Positions 27,058 to 37,967 of a stretch of 64,000 bases of DNA are shown here, one piece after another. The notes beneath the pieces were generated by a model that was not told the DNA's origin, did no database searches, and saw nothing but the letters and a program-made list of their open reading frames with translations. Source of the stretch: Takakia lepidozioides (Eukaryota; Plantae; Bryophyta); NCBI GenBank assembly GCA_030704615.1, contig CM060731.1:35588001-35652000 (forward strand), read 5' to 3'. Positions within the stretch are counted from its first letter, which is position 1; each line of letters opens with the position of its first letter. The position numbers and the translations under genes are program-made.

Positions 27058-28336
27058 CTCTGCCTCCGGCGAGCACACAATCTCCTAAAACCCCTGCAAC
27101 CCCGATCCGTCTCGGACAGCAAGAGGCAGCTGATGGACGCAGCTGCTGCTGGATGTTTCTAAATTTCCATCTACGCCACAGATTCACTCTCTCGCTCCTT
27201 TCTATCTTTGGTATTCTTTTTCTGTTGACAGTGTGATGGTGCTGTCATATAGATTGGCAAGGTTTCCGAACATCCTCAAGGAGAGGAATCCCCATGTGGG
27301 TAATTACAACCCTACTTGTATCAAGAGACTTGTGTGTATGCAGCTTCACAGCAGGTTGGTCCCCTCTTTAGCATAATATGGAAAACTGATGACAACCGAT
27401 ACAGCAGATACTACTACATAGGAGAGTGCTATGAAGCCATAACTCTGCTGAGATATATGGGCTTTGAACTTTGAACCAAAGTCTAAAATGAACTAATGTT
27501 GATAACATCACTGAAGGACTTGAAAGATGCTTGGGAGATTGGATAGTCTTTGACAAATACCACAACAGGAATGTCGGTCTCATACTCTTAAGTCACTCCC
27601 ACAAACCTCTCATCTCCAGGAATGTGAAACAAGATTGTCTGAAGATGCGTGCATTGTATCTGAGACCCTTCCAAGCTACATTTGTTCATCAGCCACTTGG
27701 GTTGCAGTATGGCTTTGTAAGTCACTGGGCACTGAAATCTTCATGTATCTTCTTTGTTTTCTTAATTTGGTTCCTTAGTACGCCATGATTCTTTGGTCAG
27801 CCTCATCTATTTCTTTGGCTGCTGAAAGGTATGAGAGATTTCGTCTTTTGGGAAATTCTGAGACTAGCTGTCCTACAAGCTGTTATGGCTGATGTCAACA
27901 GTACAAATAGTCTCGGGATCAAATAGTCTGGGGATTCTTTGAAAAGACGGTAGCCTTTCCACATTCAAGGACTCCCTTCAGACAAGCTGGAGCTGATTGG
28001 ATGTCGATCTTCTTCAGCTACATTGAAATTTGGTTTACACTGTCAGATATCTTGTGGTGTGGATTTTTAGCACATCCAAACCTGATATATATACATTTCA
28101 GTCACTTAGCCGTGCACATTTGAGAAAAATGCTTCACTAATTTTCAAGAAACAACACCAGCGTCTAGTCTAGTCAACAACTTCTTGTATGTGTGGCTGAG
28201 AGACAGAGAGTATACTCATTTTAACTGCATGTGCTCATGCACACCATGTGAGGGAGTAATAAACCGGGTGAATCTGCGAAACGGACCTGTACTGATACTG
28301 TCTTGCATAATGAAACATGACAAAACTTTAGACAAA

Positions 28337-29714
28337 TCATCCCAAGAAGTTCATTATAACCAAATGAAGGACAACATTACAAAGGACAAAATCGGCGAAA
28401 GCTCTCTCCAGGGGTAGATCCTGCACACAGCAAAGAAGAGTAGTATGTCAGGCCCTCTCACATACTTGATTGCTTTCTTTAGTCCTTTTGTTGCTGACAA
28501 GAGAAAATTTATCCTGACGACTTATTTGAGAAAGCAGTAAGTGAGAAGCCATACCTTGAACTCCTTATTGTCTTTGTTGACTTGCATCCGCAAACACACT
28601 GTTCCCACAGACACACAGCACAAACCAGTTTACTCAGCATGTCCCAAAAGCTCAAGTGACAGATTTCTCCCATGGAAGCTCCTGCACCCTCCTCTTTCAC
28701 ACTATTTGGAAATAGCTTGCATGAACATTCCACTTGCATAAAATTTCAGTTCTGCATTGCAGTTAAGACAGCCCTCAAGTCCCTGTATGCCAGAGTGGCC
28801 TGTCCAAGCTGGGATAAACCCTCTGCAGTACTCAAAACATGTCGGTTGCTTACTACCAGTCTTACTGCTGGGCAGATTATCTCAGTTAGACTTCAGTCAA
28901 TCCTAGGAGGAAAAACTACTAGAGAATGCATAACCATTCACAAACTAGCACCGAGAGTATCCTCCGAGTTTGAGCATCTACATGGAATACTACTAATGGA
29001 TTAATGGTTCCCCAAAAAAACAAATATTGATCATTGCACCTGCAAGAACAGCAGTCCCAACGCATGACAGCATGCCTGCAAGAAATGCGTTGAATGGAAA
29101 CGTTCCCACCAATGCCATGTACACCACCTGTTCCAACCCAAGCATTCAACAGACATAGGGCTGAGAAAATGCAGGCTTGCTCATTGGTGCATCTAAAGAG
29201 GGTGAAATCTGCAAGAAAATGAGTGCAGAGAGTGTTCCCATGAGTGTCCAAGTATGAAAGAGAGCTGACCTGAATCAAGGCTGTAAGCAGGGAAAACACT
29301 ACATACAAGTCAATTATCTGCAAAAACTCCACATTCCAAGCCATGTCAGACTGCACATCAAGGAAAATTGTCTTCACTGGCCATATAAAGTCCCAGAAAC
29401 AAGAATAGTTTTGGACATTGGATGGTGTAAATGCATGAAAATAAAGGAGTATGTGTTCATCTCGAGACCAGTACCTACTTACCTTTGGCAAAGGCATCAC
29501 AATAACTATATGGGCACCACAATGTAGATAAATCCACTGCCAGATCTGACTTGCAGATCGGACTTGCGCCTGCTATTTAGATCGGACCAAACAACCTTGA
29601 GAATACACCAATCAGGCGAGGATGATGATTTACCTTCAGTTTAGTGGGAGTTGCGGCATATGCTGACCGCAATGAAGTCACCAAAGCTCGAGCATCACTC
29701 ACTGTGCTACCCAT
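28337..29714 (-). CDS. DAD1: Oligosaccharyltransferase subunit DAD1/OST2, 5 exons
   Basis: [27 protein letters not shown] | [16 protein letters not shown] | [29 protein letters not shown] | [15 protein letters not shown] | [27 protein letters not shown]. Confidence 0.95.
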
Positions 29715-30155
29715 CTGTGAGTCCTCACAAAATCTCTCTACCAGCACCAAAGAAATTTCCCCCTCTGCGCACAATCCCCCTCCAATGCCGATCTCTCAAT
29801 CCTCCCCTGCCCTCACAAGAATTCCAATGCTTCTCACTGTCAAGCTCGTCTCGCTCGTCGTGACGAAACCCTAAACCCGCCTTTTACCTTCATATTGTTT
29901 AATAAATAGTTGTGTTCACTATTTGTTTTTAAATATTCGTATTCCGAATAGTATAATTGGAAACGATTAGGTATATACCTTTTTTTTTTTTTTTGGTGAA
30001 CAGGGGACAGTGGCCCCGCTATATCATAAGGAAAATGTATTTGTATTTATAGAGTAACAGTTTTATTCATCCAACTGTATTCATCTAGTCTCGTCTTGTT
30101 GTCTTCTTCGCCTCGTTGGGTCTTGGCAGGGGGTGTGGGGTTGTTGCGGGTGGCC
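29715..30155. promoter_or_regulatory. Short divergent promoter region with a telo-box
   Basis: About 440 bp separate the head-to-head ATGs of DAD1 and the ferredoxin. AAACCCTAA at 29866-29874; AT-rich core. Confidence 0.55.
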
Positions 30156-31237
30156 ATGGCGATGTCGGCAGTCCGCAGGCTTGCGCAGCGGGTGATTCCG
30201 CAGGCACGTCATGCAAGTACCATGGTGGTGAAGAGGTCGGACGCTGCCACAAGGCCCACGGCCAAAGTTTCGGATCGCATAATTAAGTTGACCGCCATTG
30301 ATGAAGATGGACAACGCCATGCCATTCAAGGTTTGATAGGGAACACTCTCTTGAAAACTCTGGTCCAGGGAGGCCTTTTTGACCCCGAGCGTCATCGTCT
30401 TGAGGATGTCGATGCCTGCAGCGCTGAGTGTGAGGTTAGTGTTCTATTGACATGAATTTGAGAAGGGGTGGAGTGTCAGTATGAGGGATATATGAGTGTG
30501 GATCTGTCCTTGGATCGCGTTCCTGGAGATGGACTTCCCGTTTATTGTGTAAGGGGTGAAACTGGATATGAAAGCTCCTCAATTGTGACTGTACATTGTT
30601 GAAGAAACAGGTGATCTGTCAATTTTCATGTTTCGACTTATTTGTGTTCATTATTGATTGTCTCCTACGACTGAGACACTTCTGCAAGGCCTTCCATCAG
30701 CAGTAGATCTATAACCATGCGCCCCCCCCCCCTTTCTCTGTAGTGGCAACAAATTTCAGAGAGGTCAAACATATGGAAACCTGACAACGCAAGGCCAGGC
30801 CAGGTGGAATCCTGCAGCCTTTTGGGGCCCCGGACTACTCTTTTGCTTAAGCCGGTGGATGAACTGAAAAAGCTCTGTTTGTAAACCACCTCAGTGGGGC
30901 ATTCACCATATGATAGGTGGTTTGCTTAGTTATTTCGACATCATGCTCAAAGCGCCTGTGTTTGACCCTCCATAGCTGACCAGTTAGGTGGAGTACACCA
31001 CAAATTGTTGAAGATAACCTTTTGCTATGTTTAAATGGGATGCAGGTCAGCATTGCATCTGAGTGGCTGGACAAGCTGCCACCCCGGTCTGAAGAGGAGT
31101 TGGATGTATTGAAAGCAAGGACATTTGAATCAAATGCTGATCCTCATGCAAGGCTTGGTTGTCAAATTGTTCTGGAGCCTAAGCTTGATGGCATGGTGGT
31201 CTCCATAGCTGAAGAAAAGCCCTGGAGAACTCTATAA
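30156..31237 (+). CDS. Mitochondrial ferredoxin-like protein, complex I bridge type (At3g07480-like), 2 exons
   Basis: Arg-rich presequence MAMSAVRRLAQRVIPQARHAST. Exon 1 (30156-30434) ends HRLEDVDACSAECE. Exon 2 (31046-31237) reads VSIASEWLDKLPPRSEEE...HARLGCQIVL...EKPWRTL*. Confidence 0.9.
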
Positions 31238-33597
31238 AGGCCATTGAATCACCTCTGTGAAGTTGGCAGAAGACATGCGAGATGTAGGAGTTTGAGAAAT
31301 TGGGTGGGTGATTTTTGAACTTTGGGCAATAATACCATGCAGTTTGGCCTCAACATTGAGATTGAACAAACACCCTTGATGACATTCTAATTCTCCATAT
31401 TGTAGTGGTGACTTGCCAATTCTTTGTAGGATGAGAGAGGTAAAAGGCTCTCACTGTAGAGCCCACGTCCCCTATTTGCAGGAGCAACACTAGCAGGGTA
31501 GCATCGCACCATGAAAGAATGTGAGGTTTGCATTTTTTCATCAGTCAAAGCAGACTTGGCTGCATAAAGGTGAGAATGGATGGAACGAAAGGTTAGCAAT
31601 TTCACATTGACCTGTTTCTGGGATGCAGGGAAGGTGTGGGGGGATTGCACTTTCTTCAACTGGCAGAAGCATGGGTTGTGGTGATGGGAGGAGTTCTGTC
31701 TGTGTTTGTGTGAATGAGACATGTAGACAACATTCTTTGTCTTACAAGGAAAGGATGGAAGTTGCACGACAGGTTGAAGTTTAGAAGAGAGGCGAGTTAT
31801 GGAAGTTTTAGTCAGATGTGGGGCGATGAAGCAAATTGTACTCCTATTTCTGTACATATGCAGGGCACTAGGGGCAGAGCTGTGATGTCCTTTAAGGTCA
31901 GTGAGGTTGAGACTCCCCTACTTTGGCAACTGCAATCTGCATTTCTGCCAGAGATAACAGGGAGCTCAACAATCGAATGATTTAAAACTTATTGAAGGAT
32001 TGAGAAAATACTGCATACATTGCGTCCTCCTTTGTCATGGTGGTTTTGCAAGCTATTTGCTGTGTGTTTTCTTTTTGTGCTGATCCTATCTGTCACTCAC
32101 GATCAAATCTCTTATAGTAAAGTGCTTAACACGACTAAGCCATCTTGAGGTAGTTAACCTCCCAACATAGAGACCTCCTCAACATCAGATCCCCTTTCAA
32201 GGACTCTTGGAGGTCTCACCCCCTTGCTCTACATAAATCTAGGCTATTCCTGATTGCTTTACTTGGATATACTCTTCTTAATTGAGACATATTAGGCTTC
32301 TTCATGTCACCTTTCTAGATTATCTACAAAGCCATGGGTATCTTAGGGCCTGTTTACAAGAGGGCCCGGGCCAAGAAATCATGGGCCCACACTAGGGCTG
32401 AATGAACTGATTAAAATATGATTTGGTCGTCTTCTTGTAAACCATTGTTGGTCTGGTATCTGGGTTTCGTGGGGCATCAACCTGGGTATCTCCTAACCTA
32501 ACCCACTGTTTTCTGTTCCCGTAATGATTCGCATTACCCTACCATAAGGTTCTTGAGTTCCCTAGCGGCCCCCCAAACCGTAAAAGGTGCGTTTAGGGTT
32601 CTCCTTTCCCTGGGGGTTCTCCTTTCCCTGGCTCCTACCAGAGCTCCACCCGTCGTTGCAAATCTGTTCGAGATATGCACATATAGACTATAGACATTCT
32701 GGATGTAGGGTTTATGTATAACTTAATTGTATGGGGGTTGGTATCCTATGAGATGAGCAGGTTCCTTGTGTCACCCCACCCAACCTCTATGACGTATGAG
32801 GGCTATTCAAATGGCCATTTCAGTATTGGATTTGAATTTGAATACTAGTACCATTTTAATTTTAATTTTAAACCATATCCGAGTTCATATTTCCAGGTTA
32901 TTGACATTGCTCATACCATTGCTCATATCCCGATTGATTTTTTATTTTAAACCACCTACACATACCAGATTCATACTTGAAAAGTTCAGGAGCTGCATTA
33001 TTGGAAAACCTGCCTGCCTTAAAATAAAATAGCAGGACCCTTATGGTATATCCAATGCAAGATATCAGACCAACACTCGTGTAAACCTATTGGGCCGAAG
33101 CCTAAGGCCCAACCTACACCAATATCAGCCACTCTCCCCCTTCTTTCATTCTCTGTCTTCTATGCTTCACGTCGTCTCCCATCAAATCGTGTATCCCTAA
33201 ACTATGGAAGCAAGAAGGCATAATATTCTTGTGGCCTTGGTCCTCTTCATGGCCTACAAGCGCATGATTACAACCATTTTGGCATTGCAACAACTTATTA
33301 ACTAGCAATTTGTTGGATTGTCGATGATGTTTGTGTTCATCATGGAGAGGGCTGATGGTTCTGGGGCACAACCAGCGTTGAGTCCTTGCTGCGAGGTGGC
33401 TATGGAGAGTCTCTAAGTCTCTAGTCTCTAGTCTCTACCAGCCTACAACCCCATCTATGACCTATTTCCATCTCATGGCTGTGATAGGCTCAAAAAATAC
33501 ATCTTAATGGTAGGTTTTTTGGGCCAAAGGGAAAGAATTGTTGGGGGTCTTCATCCCAGGAGCATTTTTTATTTATTTGTTTATTTTTAGTCCAACT

Positions 33598-33714
33598 CTT
33601 TTTTATTTTTTACCTCTTATATTAGGAAGGTGGACACCTTCATGACACACCAGACGGCGGTTTGAACCCACAACCACATCCAACATGGTACCACTGGGCT
33701 ACATGCTGGTTGTC
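33598..33714 (-). mobile_element. Short tRNA-derived SINE-like element, second family
   Basis: The minus strand has A box TAGCCCAGTGG, B box GGTTCAAACC and an A-rich tail. It does not fold as a full cloverleaf. Confidence 0.55.
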
Positions 33715-34941
33715 AGCATTCCTTTTGTTGGCTGGGCCTAAGAGTTTGGCGTGTAAACCGCTTGGGCCCGATTTGAGGCTCTTGACCAATAGGATTTCTT
33801 GTTTCTAGCTTGGTCTTGGGGCCAGGCCCTCGTGCCCTCCGGGAATTGCTAGTTGAGATTCCCACACAGCACGCATGTTTCACCGGCAAGGCAATTGTGC
33901 AAGCTGGCGAAACCTCCGCACTCATGGCTTATGGATGATAAACGCACAGGTGGATGGAAGTTGTGCAGACGCAGGCACAATCATTGAAGGAGGATGGCTA
34001 GCTGGCGTGCTTTTCGCACTCACTTCGCACTCGCTCTGGTCGTTGTCTTCCTCTGCATCGCTCTTTTGTGGATTGCTATGCCTCTTCCAGTTCTGTTTGA
34101 TTGCACAATGCCCTGTCTGATAGCCTCCGGAGACTAGTTTTGGTGGCGAATTTCGGCCTGCAGTTTCGGGCTGGTCTTCTGTGGCAGGTTGGGGCTCATG
34201 TGTAGTTTCTAGCTGTGATATGATGATAGTCTGAGGCGCAGTTCCCTTTCCATGTTGTTGCTCAAGAGTATGTGACTCAGTTAAAAGACGTGGATGGCGG
34301 CCTGGAGTTTCAGCAGAAGTTATGATTGCTACATTTTACAGGTTCTGTGATGATGATATCCTGAGGCAGAGTTGTGTTCCAATGCCGTTTCTTACTAAGG
34401 TTGTCTAAGTTGTTCTGATAGTTGGTGGCGAACTCGTGGCCTGCAGTGACGGTTCCATCTATTCGTATTCTTCTCTTGCAGGTTTGGATTCTCTCTAAGA
34501 TTACGGCATGTTTAGGGGCCTCGTGATGACGTTCTTAAGTTTGAATGCTGTTGCTCAGGTGTATCAGTTGTTGTAGGTTTTGTTTTGTACAATGTTGTAG
34601 GTAGTTGATCTAGCATATTCTAGGTCTGTAGCCAGCATTTTCTTCCCAATGTATGCATACTTATAGCTGGTACTGGGAGACGTGTTGGACCTTGACCTGC
34701 ATTGTGACTGACTACCAATTTGAACTGAATTCCCGCTCTCAACGGCATTTAGCTTCTCTCCCCCTTGACCAGTCGTTGGCTGGACTGTCCGCAATCTCTG
34801 TGGTTCTGCAGCAGTTTTGTGCAAAAACCTTGCATAAAACAACTCGCAGTTTCCACAGTTACTGCCATTGACTGATTGGTGTCTCATTGGTGTACTTCTA
34901 CTTCAATTTTGGACACCTTGTGTCTCAAATCCACCTGAAAC

Positions 34942-35292
34942 ATGGATGAGAACTGTAGCAGGAAAGTAATGGGCCCACAGCTAACGAGCGGCATGATGAA
35001 CAACAATGGCGAGCTGGTGCCGGAAAGCCAAGATATAGTGAATTTCGATGTCATGAGCGGTTTCCAAGCAGGCACTGAAGAGCAGAAAGCTCCACATGAT
35101 TCAATCAGAAACAAGATGGCTAATATACTCGTCGGCGTGCAAGACAATATCCTGTCGAAATTCGTTTGCGTCTGTCGGTCCAATGCTGCTAGGCTGGTGA
35201 CTGGTATCATGCCTGCCCGCAGTGCTGATGGCGTGAAGCTTTCGAAGGATGGCTTGGTGGACCTGGAGTCTGGACAGCCAATGCCTCCTTGA
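34942..35292 (+). CDS. Hypothetical 116-aa protein
   Basis: ATG-initiated ORF with coding-like composition ending DGLVDLESGQPMPP. The upstream region has splice-like signals. No family recognised. Confidence 0.4.
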   Translation: MDENCSRKVMGPQLTSGMMNNNGELVPESQDIVNFDVMSGFQAGTEEQKAPHDSIRNKMANILVGVQDNILSKFVCVCRSNAARLVTGIMPARSADGVKLSKDGLVDLESGQPMPP

Positions 35293-37967
35293 TCTACACT
35301 TTGTATGTGCTTTCCTTCAGTTCTAAACTACATTGCATCATGTAGGGAGTCACGTTCTCGGGGCTCACGCATTACCTCAGCAATATCGTTCTTGTAGATT
35401 AACCGCTTTTACGTGTACGCGTACGTGAGAGGCAGGTGAGAGCCTGAATTGCGGGGAAAAACATGCTAGCTGTCAGCAAGTTATGCTTGAACTGTGGTTG
35501 AATCAGCATAGACGTTTCGCTCTAAGTCAATCTTTGCATGGTGTCCAATTACCTTGCAGACAGCGTGGGAGTCCGTGAAAGGTCCGCAGAAGATGGTGAC
35601 ATTGGAGCAAATAGTTCTTATTGCTCAGCTCTGTACCACAGCGGTCTGACCATCCCAGTCATCATGCAGGCCGAAATACTTTTGGTGGAGAAAGATGCCC
35701 GAGGGAGTTGGCTGTGGTGGTTCATATCGAGAACGAGAAGAATGCAAAGCGTCTGCTACTTTGAGACTTTACTCGAGAAGCTTTTATCCTTATCCGCAAG
35801 CCCCCCTCTGACAACGTAAACTAGTACTTATGTACTTATCAAGTTCAGATTTCCTTAAGCTGTAACCATTTATACGGCAGGATTCATCACAAAACCTGTA
35901 TATCATGCACCGCATTTGGTGGATATAGTTTTTGAGTATGGGATTGAGCTGCTCTGCACACTACTCTACTAGTAAATCAGGCTTCGGCCAATTTGTTTGT
36001 CCATCGTTGTAATGTACCAAGCCTCGAGGTTCAGGCTCAATGCTGATACATCCATAGCTTCTTCTACACACTGGCCGTGATTATTGAGTGTGCATGAAAT
36101 GGCCGAGCATGTCCAACATCCTTTCTTGGAGCAACAGGACCACAAATCTATCTAGCTTGGCCTAGATTTGACAGCAATGGTCAATGATCCTGAATCGTTG
36201 TAGCGTGTGTACGGTACAACAGAGTTAAATGACAGAGTTAAGATTGAGAAGATGCAGTCAATTACATCTGAACACATCAAGAATTTCGACCCGTATTACG
36301 AGTTTTGACTAGTCACATCTGGAACTTGTCTTGTCGAGTTTGAACTTGGGGTCTTGCACCCGAGTGTTAGATTGCATTTTTCCTACCCAAGACATGGGTG
36401 AAGAGGTAAATGCCTTTCATTGGCCATTCGGCTCCGAATTGAACTGTAGCCTCAACTTGCTAACCTACGGGACTCATTTTGATCCATACTAAACTTAGAA
36501 ATTCATCCATTTATTTCTCGTAAATTGTTTAATAAGTTATTTTCAGCAGAGGACAGGAGGTGTTCGATTTGCACACCAGGCTGGGGGCTGCTGCGAGTGT
36601 GACAATGGCGTAGGAGGTATGAGTCTGGCGTCTGGTTGGAGAAGGAGCAGCCATGGATTTTTTAAGAGCAGTGGTAAGCGGGCTTGGCAAGAGAGTCGGA
36701 GAAGGAGCAGCAGTCATATGTGCTGGAGGCATTTCGGGGTTCTCAAACAAGCCTCCCCGAGGGTTCGGTGCTTGCAAGCTTGGAAGGTGTGTGCTGTGCA
36801 CTTGGTGCGCTCCTCTGCATCTTTCAATCCTCATTGCATTGATATTTTTTACGAACGCTTTAAAAGCCAATTGCGGGGAGTTGGTTACTGGTAGAGGAGG
36901 ACGAGGTTTGTGGAGGGGAATGAGCAAGGAGGGCACTTGGAGGTGGAGACAAGTGAGTGGGCCAGGTTTCCCGCATGGTCACATTCGACAAAGAAGTTGT
37001 CAACGCGGCCGATTTGTCCACAGGCCAAAAGATAGACGAGGAGAAGCTTGGGATTTTTGAAACATCAGTCAGTTGTGGGATGATCGAACAGTAAGGTGAA
37101 AGTGTGTTACGCTTCAGCAGCGGCGGAGAGCAAGATCATGTAAAACTTTCTATGATAGTCCCCCTTCTCTCTCCGTGTCTCTGTGAGCGTACCCTTTCTC
37201 CCTTTCTCCCAGCTAGATGGCTAGTGGAGCGACCGATGGATCGTATCATATCTCTTGCAAGCTACAGGGCTAGAGGAGCAGTGCTGGAATGAAACTCGGC
37301 GCTGTCTAGTATGAGAGTGACCGCAGGCATTGATCAATACTCAATCCAATTCAATTGGACTGAGCTTGGTTGTTTGAGAAACAGTATGGGCGGACACCCA
37401 TAACTGGCTTCGAGATGGGGATGTTCCTGCTGTGGCTCAGCCCTTAGGTAGTATGTTTGTTGCAATGTTCAATTGCTACGTTCTTTTCCTTTTTGCAGTT
37501 CAGTGTTAAGTGCAACTGGCACTGCCATCCTCATCCACATCTGTCATATGTACGGTGGAGGGCTAATTCAGCACTGCTGATATGAACATTGTGCCTTCTA
37601 TGATGATGTCGCCAGCAGCACTTGGATCAAGACATAATCCCCTGTCATTGGATTGTTTTGTTGGTTTTTCTATACCCTGTTGGGTGAAACCCCAGGACCA
37701 ACCCTGGGAGGTTTGTATCCAGTGGCGTTTACACCTGCGGAGGTATGCTGTAGCCAATTTGTTCAAGAACATATTCTCTCTCAAACACTCTCGCACTCTT
37801 GTTATTTAAATCTTGCCACCAATTCAAACATAGGAACTCGTGTTTGTAGGTCTGGTGCATTGTTTGCAACGTAAAATATGGTCATTCTCAGCTACTGGTT
37901 GTGAGGGGGGAGGATCTATGCATGTGTTGTTGTGGAGGCAAGGATATATTAAAGAGGCGGGGATGGA

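Noticed and set aside
36529-37060. 135-aa ORFs on both strands
   Set aside because: No recognisable domain or consistent exon structure. They may be UTR or upstream exons of the PPR gene, but this is unsupported.
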